Shown here: in pieces, positions 9,752 through 20,329 of the stretch
Position numbering within the stretch: position 1 is the first letter of the stretch
How the letters are laid out: every line of letters begins with the position of its first letter
Assembly (NCBI GenBank): GCA_016213925.1
Contig: JACQZH010000013.1
Span: 14,034-78,033, forward strand
Length of the DNA: 64,000 nucleotides
Direction: 5' to 3'
DNA from: Candidatus Omnitrophota bacterium
GTDB taxonomy: Bacteria > Omnitrophota > Gorgyraeia > B26-G9
The notes under the pieces: generated by a model
Seen by the model: the letters and a program-made list of their open reading frames with translations, nothing else
Told to the model about the DNA's origin: nothing
Databases searched by the model: none
Position numbers and translations under genes: made by a program

Positions 9752-12685
9752 ATGAGTGCACAGAGGAAAAGAGTATTTAGTTTGTCTTTGGCGGGTCTAT
9801 GTTTGGCATGGATAATTTATGTTAGTTTTTTTGTGCGGCATGGATTGAGCCTGACTGATGCGGGATTAATATGCGCCCAATCATGGAGATTTTACTTGGG
9901 TGATATTCCTTTTAAAGATGTTTTTTGCATCCCGGTAAGTTTGTCGGATTACTTTTTAAGCATAGTCTTTGTAGCATACCCTGATTGCGGATTGCTGGCT
10001 TTGAGAATTATCTGGGCAATAATATTATTTATAGCGATTGCTTTTTCATACAAAATTATAACCAGGTTTTATTCCGTTTATCTGGCATTTCCGGCAATGA
10101 TATGCTCGTTAAGTATATTTGCCATGCATGGAATTGACTTGCCGGGTTATAATAATACCCCAGAGATGTTTTTTATTATTTCAATATTTTTACTGTTTTG
10201 GTCACTTTGTTCAAACCATAAGCAGAAAATATTTATTTATGGCGTTCTTTCCGGGTTTGCTGCGTTTACAGCTGTTTTGTGTAAGGTCACTTATCTTCCC
10301 ATAGCCGGGATTGGTTTTATTTGCCTGTTAGTTTCACTATTGATTAAATCAGAGGTAAAAAAACACATTTTGTGCGCATCGCTGATTTTTACGATGACTT
10401 TTTTTGTAAGTTTAGCAGCGTTCCTGATATTTTTATACGTAAACGGATTGTTCGAAGAGTTTTTGATGGATTTTCGTGTGCATACCCAAGGGGGTGCTTA
10501 TTCTTCAATTATTATTTCCGGATTGTTTGGAAAAGGAAGTATTTTTTTGTTAAAGGCATTACCTCTGGTTATATCATGTATTTTTTTTAATCTAGTTTGT
10601 GGTTATTTTTTGCGGAAAAAAATGATTTTTTTACGGATAGGATGTCAAGCCATACTTGTATGTTTGTTTTATTTATTTTTTCTGCGTATGTTTTCTTTTC
10701 CTGGATATTTTATTTATGGATATGCTTATGCTTTGCTAGGCGTAGGAATAATTTTGTATTGGAAAAATATCTTTGAAGAAAAAGATAAAGATATAATTGT
10801 AACTAATCAATTAAAAATAATATTACTTTTGCTGGCAGGATTTCTGCAGTGGCTGTGTACGCTTTATTCGAGCCATGGGATATACACTTCTCATAAAGGG
10901 ATGTTTTTAAGCCTGCCGCTGGCCTGGATAATATCCTGGGAATTGCCGGTATACATTAAAAAAGCGGGGCAATTAAATAAGAAAGAATTACTATCCTATC
11001 GAATAGTAATTCTGGTTTTTGCGCTTATTATTGCGTTTTATGCATTTGGTTTTAAATTAAAACACCCTTATCTGGATAGTCCTGACCGATCTGAACTATG
11101 CGTTGCGTTCAAAACAAAAAAGCTTAAGGGGATTTTTTCAACTAAAAAACATGTAGAGATAATAGACCGTTTAACTGAGTTTATGGGGACGAGGATAAAA
11201 AGAGGCGAGTATCTGCTTACTTATATAAATTTGCCGATGATCAGCTTTTTACTGGAGGCGCGTCCGGCAACAAGGATTACCTGGTTTTCCGGGATATCCA
11301 ATCCTCTGGATAAGCCGGCTGTGGAAGATTTGAAGAAAACCAAGCCGAAATTTGTTATACGCACTCACCAGTATATGTGTTCAAATACCTGGCCTGATAA
11401 GGTTAACCTTTTACTGGATGCGCCTGGGTCTGAAGTTTTTTACGTAGATAATTATGTGCAGGCAAACTACGAGCTTGTAAATAAGATTGATGCTTTTGAG
11501 ATTTTGCAGAGAAATGATGAATATTTTAATGAAGAATTAAATATTGATAATAAAATCAGCTTTTTTGAACAGGATTTTTACGTTAAGAATGATAAACATA
11601 AATTTAAAATAAATGATTTTTTCGGAGAAAAGGCGTATGATTTTTCGGTTTCAGGGAAGCGTATGGTATATAAAAACTGTTATAAATTTTTTAAAAATGC
11701 AGGTAATTCTGATTTTTCTTTTAAGCTTAAATACTATCCTCAAAGATTAACAGGATTTGCTGATTTTAATGTGCGTTTTAAGGCGCTGACTTATGTGCTT
11801 TATGGCCGGGCAGATTATTATTATCCGGCCAATGAGATAATTGACGGAAAAGTTTATGCTTGCCGGATAATTGAGCCGCAATTTGGACATTGGAAAGAAT
11901 TACGCGTGGATTCTATTGTGGCAGATTATGAAAAGATAAGCAGGCAGTTGCAAGGGCCGTTATATGATGAGATGGAAATATCCCAGGTTATGGTTTCGCT
12001 TAATTCCAGAGCAGGCCAGGATTCTTCGATTTTGGTGTATCTTGCTGATTTTAATGTAGTTGAGAATAATGTTGACTATGCAAGGATAGATAATGCTATC
12101 AAAAATGCATCAGTATATAGCCAATATGGGATCATTTTATTTAATAAAAGGCATTATGTTGATAATAAGGTGATGGAAAGATGTGTGCAACAGTTTGAAA
12201 AAGAGAATGTAATCCGGTTTTCTGAACCAAGGCTAGAAGGGCAGTTGGTTTTTACCAAGGAATATCAAAATGCGGACAATAGTTATTTTTCTTTTCAAAC
12301 GGAATATTTTCCTGAAAAATTACAAGGCATAACCAAATTTAACCTGCAGTTTGAACTTTTGGATAATAGCTCAATTCCTGTAGGGAACTTAACTTATGTA
12401 TTATATGGCAAGAGCGATTATTATTGTAACGTAAATCAAAAGATTAACGGAAATATTTTTGCAACCTATATAATAAATCCTCAGCAGGGAGAATGGAAAA
12501 ATTTAGTTGTCAATTCGCTTACAGACGATTATAATAATATTTCTACTCGGCTGGGGGGGAAGTTATGGCAAGAATTAAATATAAGTAAAATAAAAGTACT
12601 GTTGTTTTCTTTTGGTACGCAACAGCCGGATGATGAGATGTCAGTTTGCCTTAAGAGGTTGGAAATAAAGAAGAACCAACGTTAG
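9752..12685 (+). CDS. Large polytopic GT-C-like membrane protein with two C-terminal LTYVLYG repeat domains
   Basis: About 12-13 hydrophobic helices, LTDAG loop after TM1, soluble C-terminus with an internal duplication. Confidence 0.65.
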   Translation: MSAQRKRVFSLSLAGLCLAWIIYVSFFVRHGLSLTDAGLICAQSWRFYLGDIPFKDVFCIPVSLSDYFLSIVFVAYPDCGLLALRIIWAIILFIAIAFSYKIITRFYSVYLAFPAMICSLSIFAMHGIDLPGYNNTPEMFFIISIFLLFWSLCSNHKQKIFIYGVLSGFAAFTAVLCKVTYLPIAGIGFICLLVSLLIKSEVKKHILCASLIFTMTFFVSLAAFLIFLYVNGLFEEFLMDFRVHTQGGAYSSIIISGLFGKGSIFLLKALPLVISCIFFNLVCGYFLRKKMIFLRIGCQAILVCLFYLFFLRMFSFPGYFIYGYAYALLGVGIILYWKNIFEEKDKDIIVTNQLKIILLLLAGFLQWLCTLYSSHGIYTSHKGMFLSLPLAWIISWELPVYIKKAGQLNKKELLSYRIVILVFALIIAFYAFGFKLKHPYLDSPDRSELCVAFKTKKLKGIFSTKKHVEIIDRLTEFMGTRIKRGEYLLTYINLPMISFLLEARPATRITWFSGISNPLDKPAVEDLKKTKPKFVIRTHQYMCSNTWPDKVNLLLDAPGSEVFYVDNYVQANYELVNKIDAFEILQRNDEYFNEELNIDNKISFFEQDFYVKNDKHKFKINDFFGEKAYDFSVSGKRMVYKNCYKFFKNAGNSDFSFKLKYYPQRLTGFADFNVRFKALTYVLYGRADYYYPANEIIDGKVYACRIIEPQFGHWKELRVDSIVADYEKISRQLQGPLYDEMEISQVMVSLNSRAGQDSSILVYLADFNVVENNVDYARIDNAIKNASVYSQYGIILFNKRHYVDNKVMERCVQQFEKENVIRFSEPRLEGQLVFTKEYQNADNSYFSFQTEYFPEKLQGITKFNLQFELLDNSSIPVGNLTYVLYGKSDYYCNVNQKINGNIFATYIINPQQGEWKNLVVNSLTDDYNNISTRLGGKLWQELNISKIKVLLFSFGTQQPDDEMSVCLKRLEIKKNQR

Positions 12686-12708
12686 TTAAATTTAAAAATG
12701 AGAATTAA

Positions 12709-13887
12709 ATGAAAAGTGAACTATTGCTTTTAACCCGCAATTTTTATCCGACAATAGGCGGGGTTGAAGTTTATATTCTGGAGTTTATTAAGTTTTTTAC
12801 GGCAAAAGGCAGGGGAAAAATCCATGTATTATGCCCCAAAAAAAGTGCTTTGCCAGATGAACTTAAAAACGGGCATGTTTATTTATATTCTCCAAAAAGT
12901 AATTTTACTTTTTTCGAGATAGATCATGTTTTAACGGGGATAAAGGCTTATTTTCAAATAATTATTTTTTTTGTTATTTTTTTTATTCAGGGAAGCGGAT
13001 TCCTGCTTAAAAAAAACAATAAAATTAAGGTAATATATGCGGTCGGCGGAATAGTAGCTATTATGTCAGCTTTGGCCTTGGGCAGGATATTCGGCAAAAA
13101 AATATTCGGGCATATGCATGCTGATTTTCAGTTTTCCCAGTTTCCAAAGTTGTGGAAGGATTTTTATAAAAAGATTTTTTCGGGCTTGGATAAGGTCTTT
13201 GTTAACTCCCGGGACGGCAAAATCGATTTGGAAAAAATAGGGGTGGACAAAACAAAGATTGAAATAATAGATAACTGGGCTGATGGGAGCATATTTGAGT
13301 TAAAAGACAAAGAAAGCTGCCGAAAGGCTTTGAAGTTGCCCTTAGATAAAAAGATCTTTTTGTTTGTAGGCAGGCTGTCTTTTGAAAAAGGCATTAATGA
13401 GGTTTTGGATTGTATTGAGCAGTATAGAAATAGAGAGGATATTTTTTTTGTTATTATCGGTGACGGCCATTTGAAAGAGAAGGTATTCAATTGCATTAAA
13501 GATAATAAACAGGCTGTTTATGCCGGTTCGAAAAAAACAAAAGAACTCGTGGATTACTATAATGCTGCGGATGCTGCTTTATGGGGGTCGATTGATACAT
13601 ATTATATATCGATTACTATGATAGAAGGCTTTCATTGCGGGCTGCCGGCATTATGTCCAAAGGGCACAACCAATGTGCCTAAATGGGGAAAGAAAGAATT
13701 TGAGATTAAAGACGGGGTTCTCCCTGATTTTGCCGGAATATTATTTGAAAGCAGTGCTAAGGGGTTGTCTGAGGCAATAGAAAAGTTCTTAAAAATGAAA
13801 TTTGACAGCAAAAAAATTAAAGAATATGCGCTAATGAAATATTCCGAAAAGAACGCAGAACGTATCGTAGAGGAGATGTTTTCTTAA
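12709..13887 (+). CDS. GT4 family glycosyltransferase
   Basis: FYPTIGGVE, FLFVGRLSFEKG, IIGDGHL, IEGFHCGLP. Confidence 0.88.
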   Translation: MKSELLLLTRNFYPTIGGVEVYILEFIKFFTAKGRGKIHVLCPKKSALPDELKNGHVYLYSPKSNFTFFEIDHVLTGIKAYFQIIIFFVIFFIQGSGFLLKKNNKIKVIYAVGGIVAIMSALALGRIFGKKIFGHMHADFQFSQFPKLWKDFYKKIFSGLDKVFVNSRDGKIDLEKIGVDKTKIEIIDNWADGSIFELKDKESCRKALKLPLDKKIFLFVGRLSFEKGINEVLDCIEQYRNREDIFFVIIGDGHLKEKVFNCIKDNKQAVYAGSKKTKELVDYYNAADAALWGSIDTYYISITMIEGFHCGLPALCPKGTTNVPKWGKKEFEIKDGVLPDFAGILFESSAKGLSEAIEKFLKMKFDSKKIKEYALMKYSEKNAERIVEEMFS

Positions 13888-13888
13888 G

Positions 13889-14545
13889 ATGAAGATAATT
13901 GCTCACCGCGGCTTATGGAAAAAGGCGAATGAGAAAAATACGCCTGATGCCTTTGAAAAAGCGCTTAAAAGCGGCTACGGTATTGAATTTGATGTACGCG
14001 ATTATAAAAAAGGGCTTGTTATTGCCCATAATATGGCTGATAAAAATTCTCCCGGTCTTTACTGGGTTTTTGACCGGTTAAAAAAGATTGAGAGTTTTTC
14101 AAAGGTAATATTTGCCGTAAATATAAAATGTGATTCTATTGAGCGGGAAGTTTTAAAATTCCTCCAGGATTATGGCATAATCAAAAATTCTTTTATTTTT
14201 GATATGTCTTTTCCTGCGACGTATGTTTTTAAGAAGTATTGCGAAAAAATAAATATTGCAGCCAGGCAGAGCGAATTTGAAAAAGAGCCTTTCTTTTACA
14301 GCCAGGTGCAGTGGCTTTGGCTGGATGAGTTTGAAAAGCACTGGATAGATAATAAGACTATCGTCAAACATATAGAAAACGGTAAAAAGGTTTGTATCGT
14401 TTCTCCTGAATTGCATGGAAGAAACCATGAGAAAGCCTGGGCGCAATATTCGAAATTGCCGGAAAAATATTTTAAATATATGGCTTTGTGCACTGATTTT
14501 CCGGATGAGGCAGAGCGTTTTTTTATAACAGGTGAAGGTAGATGA
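13889..14545 (+). CDS. Glycerophosphodiester phosphodiesterase-like protein
   Basis: IIAHRG, ENT-like EKNT, GIEFDVRD, CTDFP. Confidence 0.8.
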   Translation: MKIIAHRGLWKKANEKNTPDAFEKALKSGYGIEFDVRDYKKGLVIAHNMADKNSPGLYWVFDRLKKIESFSKVIFAVNIKCDSIEREVLKFLQDYGIIKNSFIFDMSFPATYVFKKYCEKINIAARQSEFEKEPFFYSQVQWLWLDEFEKHWIDNKTIVKHIENGKKVCIVSPELHGRNHEKAWAQYSKLPEKYFKYMALCTDFPDEAERFFITGEGR

Positions 14546-15225
14546 ATATAGTTATTCCGTTGGCAGGCAAAGATGCTCGTTTTGAGCAGATGAATATTGC
14601 CAAGCCTCTTATAGAGGTTGAGGGAAAACCTCTAGTTAAGTTTTGCATAGATACTCTTGAGTATCCGTTTAAAACGCACAAATACAAGCTGTATTTTTTA
14701 ATATTAAAAGAGCATGATGAGAAGTATAATTTAAAAAATAAATTAAAAGGGCTTTATCCGCAGGCGCTAGTTATAATTATTGAAAAATTGACAGAGGGTA
14801 CTGCCTGTACTGTTTTAACTCTGGAAAATGAAATAAATAATGACGAGGAGTTAATAGTCTATCTGGCGGATATTTATTTTCGCGCTGATTTAAAGGCCGG
14901 TATAGAGTCCGGCCGGATGAGTAATACTGCCGGTTTTATTCCGGTGTTCAAATCGGATAACCGTAAATATAGCTATGCAAAAATCGGTCCAGAGGGAAAA
15001 GTCGGAGAGGTTGCCGAAAAAAAAGTGATTTCCGAAAATGCCAGCAGCGGGTTTTATTATTTCAGAAAAGGCAAATATTTTGTGGATGCGGCAAAAAAAA
15101 TGATAAATAATGGTGACCGCGTAAACGGGCTTTTTTTTTTATGTCCGGTATATAATTACCTTATCAGAGCCGGCTTAGAAGTCAGGACAATAGATGCAGA
15201 GTTTATCTTTGACCTGGTATTTTAA
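14542..15225 (+). CDS. Nucleotidyltransferase-fold protein (BcbE-like), C-terminus possibly truncated
   Basis: VIPLAG...RF...KPLIEV, TEGTACT, AEKKVIS, GFYYF, CPVYN. Ends FDLVF* without the GLGTPE motif present in both paralogues. Confidence 0.75.
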   Translation: MNIVIPLAGKDARFEQMNIAKPLIEVEGKPLVKFCIDTLEYPFKTHKYKLYFLILKEHDEKYNLKNKLKGLYPQALVIIIEKLTEGTACTVLTLENEINNDEELIVYLADIYFRADLKAGIESGRMSNTAGFIPVFKSDNRKYSYAKIGPEGKVGEVAEKKVISENASSGFYYFRKGKYFVDAAKKMINNGDRVNGLFFLCPVYNYLIRAGLEVRTIDAEFIFDLVF

Positions 15226-15268
15226 ATGTTTATCCAAAAGTATGTTCAAAAAAAGGGGAGTGTGGGCA

Positions 15269-15913
15269 ATGATAAAAGCGGTTATCTTTGATATGGATGG
15301 TGTTCTTATAGACGCTAAGGAATGGCATTACGAGGCGCTTAACAAGGCGCTTCGTTTATTCGGTTATGAGATTACCCGGCATGAGCATCTGGTAAGTTAT
15401 GACGGGCTTCCGACAAAAGAAAAGCTTAAAATGTTGTCTCTGGAAAGGGACCTTCCGGCAAAACTGCATGATTTTATCAATGAAATGAAACAGCGCTATA
15501 CGGTTGAAGCTATTTTTAATCATTGCCGGCCTTATTTTACTCATCAATATGCTTTAGCCAGATTAAAACAGCAAAAATACAAGATTGCCGTGTGTTCGAA
15601 CTCGATAAGGGACACTGTTCAGTTAATGATGGAAAAAAGCGATCTGCTAAAATATATTGATTTTTATCTTAGTAACCAGGATATTAAAAAGCCGAAACCT
15701 GATCCGGAGATGTATGAAAAGGCGGTTATAAAGTTATCGCTAAAACCTGAAGAGTGCCTGGTATTGGAAGATAATAAAAACGGGATTATTGCTGCGGAAA
15801 CTGCCGGGTGCAATGTTTATGTTGTTGATAGCGTCGAAGAGGTGAATTTTACCAATATCGAAAAGAAGATAAAAGAGATAGACGCTCAAAAGAGAGGTAA
15901 AAAACATGCATAA
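15269..15913 (+). CDS. HAD-family phosphatase
   Basis: IFDMDGVL, CSNS, KPDPEMY, LEDNKNG. Start ATG 15269 follows GGGGAG. Confidence 0.9.
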   Translation: MIKAVIFDMDGVLIDAKEWHYEALNKALRLFGYEITRHEHLVSYDGLPTKEKLKMLSLERDLPAKLHDFINEMKQRYTVEAIFNHCRPYFTHQYALARLKQQKYKIAVCSNSIRDTVQLMMEKSDLLKYIDFYLSNQDIKKPKPDPEMYEKAVIKLSLKPEECLVLEDNKNGIIAAETAGCNVYVVDSVEEVNFTNIEKKIKEIDAQKRGKKHA

Positions 15914-16652
15914 GATCAATATTGTTATTCCTATTGCCGGAAAGGGCAAGAAGTTTGAGGAAAGCGGTTCGATTTTTCCTAAGGCGCTGGTCGAGGTAAA
16001 GGCAAAGCCGATGATACAGGTGGTTGTGGAAAATATCAGCCTTAGCAAAAAATATGACCAGCGGTTTATTTTTATAGTGAATAAAAGGGATCATCAGAAA
16101 TTTGCGATCGCACAGGTATTGGAATTGCTTGCTCCGGGATGCAAGGTAATCGTCGTTGAATCGGATACAAAGGGCTCTGCCTGCAGTGTGTTATTGGCCA
16201 GCGAGTATATTGACAACGATGTTCCTTTGCTGATTGCTAACGGAGACCAGTATCTTGACATGGATATGAACAGTTTTGTTGGCGATGCCGAGAGCAGAAA
16301 CCTTGACGGAAGCTTGATTGTTTTTGATTCAATCCACCCGCGCTGGTCTTTTGTTAAAACCGATGAAGGTGGATATGTTATAGAGGCCGCGGAAAAACGG
16401 CCGATCAGCCGCAATGCCACCGCCGGAGTCTATTATTATAAAAAAGGGTCTTTTTTTATTGAAGCTGTAAAGGAAATGATCAGAAAAGAAGCAACGGTAA
16501 TGGAACAGTATTTTGTCTGCCCGACATACAATGAAATGATTCTAAAAGGCATGAAAATAGGCGTATTTGAAATTGAATCGGATAAAATGTATGGATTGGG
16601 GACTCCTGAACAGGTTAAAGAATTTGAAACCATAAAATTAAAGGGCGCATAA
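15906..16652 (+). CDS. Nucleotidyltransferase-fold protein (BcbE-like), intact
   Basis: VIPIAGKG, IANGDQ, HPRWSF, AEKRPIS, GVYYY, GLGTPE. Confidence 0.82.
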   Translation: MHKINIVIPIAGKGKKFEESGSIFPKALVEVKAKPMIQVVVENISLSKKYDQRFIFIVNKRDHQKFAIAQVLELLAPGCKVIVVESDTKGSACSVLLASEYIDNDVPLLIANGDQYLDMDMNSFVGDAESRNLDGSLIVFDSIHPRWSFVKTDEGGYVIEAAEKRPISRNATAGVYYYKKGSFFIEAVKEMIRKEATVMEQYFVCPTYNEMILKGMKIGVFEIESDKMYGLGTPEQVKEFETIKLKGA

Positions 16653-17193
16653 TGATCAATATTATTATCCCAATGGCAGGGGCAGGTTCCCGTTTTGTAA
16701 AGGCAGGGTATAGGAAACCAAAACCTTTTATAGACGTGCTTGGCAAGACAATGATTGAAAGAGTTATGGAGAATCTTACTCTGGAGAAAGCCAGGTATAT
16801 TTTGATTACAAGAAAAGAATTTTTGGAACAGGAAAAGGAAATTGTTAACCGGATTGAAAAAGAGTATAATTGTGAATTTTTATCGGTTGATAAGCTTACC
16901 GAAGGCGCCTGCTGTACGATTTTGCTGGCAGTGGACTTTATAAATAATGAGATGCCACTGTGGGATTATATTATTTTTCAAAAGGCAGGGATTTTGTAAA
17001 TAACGCCGTTAAAATGATCGCTAATAACGAGAGGGTAAATAACGAATTTTATACATGCCCTGTATATAATTATGCGATAAAGTCCGGGCTGAAGATTGGG
17101 GTGTTTAATGTTGATAAAAATGCCATGTACGGGCTGGGAACTCCGGAAGATTTGGATAAGTTTATAAGCGCGCGGAAGAATAAGGTTCTTTAA
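16652..17193 (+). pseudogene. BcbE-like nucleotidyltransferase pseudogene (internal deletion plus frameshift)
   Basis: The N-half (IPMAGAGSRF...NEMPL) and C-half (ATVGLYYF...GLGTPEDL) are in different frames. About 60-65 codons present in paralogue 15906..16652 are missing at 16952-16959. Confidence 0.85.
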
Positions 17194-17225
17194 AGCTTTA
17201 ATATGGAAAAGGAGATTTGCACAAT

Positions 17226-18553
17226 ATGCTTGATTTATCGGATAAGCAGTTTGTAAAAGGCGAAGGCGTAAAGCGCTGGAGCGCGCCTTTAAATCAGCTT
17301 TACCGGCCGCTATCGTTTTTTGAAGAAGACAGCCAGAAGCTTGTTTATTGCCGTGATAACCTTAATACAACAAAATTTGTCCCGATATTGCTGAAGGAAT
17401 GGTTTAGTCTGGTTGCAAAGGACGGCTATCTGTGTATTGACTATAAGCCGAATAAGGTATGTGATTGGAGAAAGCTTGAAGAAAACTTTTGGTGGCTGTG
17501 GAAAGGCAAATACGAAATAATTTTTCATGGTGAAATTTCCGGAGAGGATCTGAATGGATTAAACAAAAGTAAAATTAGTGTATTTATCGACCGGCAGGAA
17601 AAATATTTCAAAACTGATCTGGATAAAAAAACGCTTTTGCCAGCGCCGTTGAAAGGAAAGTTAAAGGCAAAGCGTGAGAGCGCTTATCTTCGGTTTGTCT
17701 GCAAAAAGAAGACGGCGACAAAATTGGAAAATGATTCTATGGACAAATGGACGTTTGGTATTATTACAAACGGCATGAGAATGGACTGGATGGAACTGGT
17801 TATTGAATCGATAAGAAAACAGAAAATAGCGCATTATGAGATATTATAGTTTGCGGGACTTATTTTGACAAGAAAGAGCAGGATTTTACTTATATAGCGT
17901 TTAATCAGCGCGATGATATAGGATGGATTACGCGGAAAAAGAATCTGATTGCCGAAAAAGCAAAATATGAAAATATCTGTGTGTTGCATGACCGCTTAAT
18001 ACTGGCGGATGATTGGTATGAACAAATGAAAAAGTGGGGAAATTCTTTTGACTATCTTACCTGCAGCCAGCTTTTTGAAGGAAAACGCGCTTATGACTGG
18101 CTTACTGCAGGCGGAAAAATGGATGTGCATTTCCGGATAAAGATGCTTGATTACAGGGATTGGGATTTTTATGCGATCATAGCAGGGATGGTTACAATTA
18201 CGAAAAAATGTTTTATCAGGCAGATTAAATGGAACGAAGCAAGGTTTTGGAACGATTATGAAGACATACAGCTAAGCCTGGAATATCACTATAGCGGACT
18301 TCTTGGAAGGGTAAATCCCAAAGCTAAGATGACTTCGCTTGGTTTTCGTCACGGTATCGTTCCTTTTAAAAGATATTTTCCTTATGAAACATGGCTGACG
18401 ATTATTCCGCAGAACATGTATCTGCGCAGTATAATAAGGTTTTTTTTAAGCTTGTTAAGCAGGATTCCTTTTATGCTTAAGACCATTAATTTTTTATACG
18501 AAAAGGTTTTTAAGAATTCCCGGATTTACCAAAAGATTATAAAAAGTAGCTAG
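17226..18553 (+). pseudogene. Frameshifted GT-A-fold glycosyltransferase with an N-terminal extra domain
   Basis: A frame change at ~17843 joins TFGIITNG...HYEI to IIVCGTYFD...GWITRKKN...YENICVLHDR, read continuously into ORF 17981..18553. Confidence 0.8.
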
Positions 18554-18586
18554 GAAAAGTAGAGTTTCGCTTAAAAAGGATGAAAA

Positions 18587-19342
18587 ATGACTACAAAGAA
18601 AAATTATAAAGTGGTTATAGTAATGCCGGCATATAATGCTGAAAAAACATTGCTGGCAACTTATAAGGCAATTCCTCCGCATAGCTATGATGAAATTGTT
18701 TTGGTTGATGATGCTTCTCATGATTTAACTTATGAGCTGGCTAAAAAGCTGCATTGTCATGTTATTAAACATGACAAGAACCGCGGCTACGGCGGTAATC
18801 AGAAAACCTGCTACAAAAAAGCCTTGGAGCTGGGGGCGGATGTTATTGTTATGCTGCATCCGGATAATCAGTATGATCCCCGGTTGATTCCAAATATTGC
18901 TTTGCCGATAATTGAAGGACAAGCTGATGCGGTTATGGCATCGCGTTTTATCCGCGATCCTTATGACGGAGGCCCTCTAAAAGGCGGCATGCCTTTGTAT
19001 AAAATTATCGCTAATAGGCTGTTAACCTGGTTACAGAATTCTGTTATGCACACATATTTTACGGAGTTTCATACCGGATACCGGGCATTTTCGCGCAAGG
19101 CTCTAGAGTCGGTGAAGTGGGAGCTTAATTCAGATGATTTTATTTTTGATAATGAAATTATTGTTCAAATGGTTATGAAACGAATAAGATTTAAGGAGAT
19201 TCCGGTTTTAACAAAGTATTTCAAAGAAGCAAGCTCGATTAATTTTATCCGGTCGTGTAAGTATGGTTTAGGGATATTAATAAATTGCATAAAATATACT
19301 TTGCATAGAAAAAAAATAATGCGGTTTGAACAGTTCGAATAA
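18587..19342 (+). CDS. GT2 DPM1-like glycosyltransferase
   Basis: VVIVMPAYNAE, VDDASHD, NRGYGGNQK, HPDNQYDP, HTGYRAF. Confidence 0.9.
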   Translation: MTTKKNYKVVIVMPAYNAEKTLLATYKAIPPHSYDEIVLVDDASHDLTYELAKKLHCHVIKHDKNRGYGGNQKTCYKKALELGADVIVMLHPDNQYDPRLIPNIALPIIEGQADAVMASRFIRDPYDGGPLKGGMPLYKIIANRLLTWLQNSVMHTYFTEFHTGYRAFSRKALESVKWELNSDDFIFDNEIIVQMVMKRIRFKEIPVLTKYFKEASSINFIRSCKYGLGILINCIKYTLHRKKIMRFEQFE

Positions 19343-19363
19343 AAATTCAGGTGAGGATAACCA

Positions 19364-20293
19364 GTGATGTTAGATTGTGACCATAGCTGTTCGGAAAAAC
19401 TATTTTTTGTTAACGGTTATAATATTGTTTTTTGCAAGAAATGCGGTTTTAGAAAGACTTTTCCAATTCCTAAACGGCAGGATCTTGCGGATATATATGA
19501 TAAAAATTTTTATTCCGGGAATGATTCGCGCCGTTTCGGGGATATCGGAGAAATGCTTGTTAGATTTTTCCGTTTTTTAAGAGCTTTTAAGGCCGCTTTA
19601 TTTTATTTTCCAAAACGGGTTTTGGATGTCGGCTGCGGAAGAGCATTAATGCTTTATTATCTAAAAAAATATTTTAAAGCCGAATATGTTATCGGTACGC
19701 AATATTGCAGCGCGTCAATTGCTTACGCGAAGAAAAAATTTGGCATTGATGTTAAAAAAGGTGAATTGGCAGATAATATTGGTTCTATAGAAAAAAACCT
19801 GGATTTGATATGTTTTTGGCATGTACTTGAACATATCGATGATGTTGAAACATATATTAAGCTGAGTTATCAACTTCTAAAAAAGGGAGGAAAACTTCTG
19901 ATTGAGGTGCCGAATAGCGAAAGTTTTTCTGCTAAGATAAGTAAGAACGGCTGGATGGGCTGGGATACTCCAAATCATTTAACTCATTTTACTCCTGATT
20001 CACTTGCCGGTTTGCTTGAAAATAATGGCTTTAAAATATTCAAAAAAAAATATTTTTCCGCTGAATATAGTGTTTTTACTACTATGCAGAGTTTATTAAA
20101 TAAAATTTCGGGGGAATGGAATTATTTTTACAAATCACTACTGGTTGGTAAGGATAAACAGGAATTTTCCGCGAAGTTTATCGGGTATTTTCTGCTTGCC
20201 GTATGTTTGGCTCCGCTTGCGATTATTGCGAATCTAATTTTTTATAATAGCCGGCAGGGTGAAGTAATACATTATGTGGCGGAAAAAGTTTAA
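19364..20293 (+). CDS. Class I SAM-dependent methyltransferase
   Basis: CKKCG, VLDVGCG, WHVLEH, IEVPN, PNHLTHF. Confidence 0.88.
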   Translation: MMLDCDHSCSEKLFFVNGYNIVFCKKCGFRKTFPIPKRQDLADIYDKNFYSGNDSRRFGDIGEMLVRFFRFLRAFKAALFYFPKRVLDVGCGRALMLYYLKKYFKAEYVIGTQYCSASIAYAKKKFGIDVKKGELADNIGSIEKNLDLICFWHVLEHIDDVETYIKLSYQLLKKGGKLLIEVPNSESFSAKISKNGWMGWDTPNHLTHFTPDSLAGLLENNGFKIFKKKYFSAEYSVFTTMQSLLNKISGEWNYFYKSLLVGKDKQEFSAKFIGYFLLAVCLAPLAIIANLIFYNSRQGEVIHYVAEKV

Positions 20294-20329
20294 CTTAAAT
20301 GGTTGCGCTATACCGGATAAATTATTGAT

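Noticed and set aside
15131-15140. T10 homopolymer as a phase-variation tract
   Set aside because: It is in frame, and A/T runs are common in this AT-rich sequence. There is no evidence of switching without reads.
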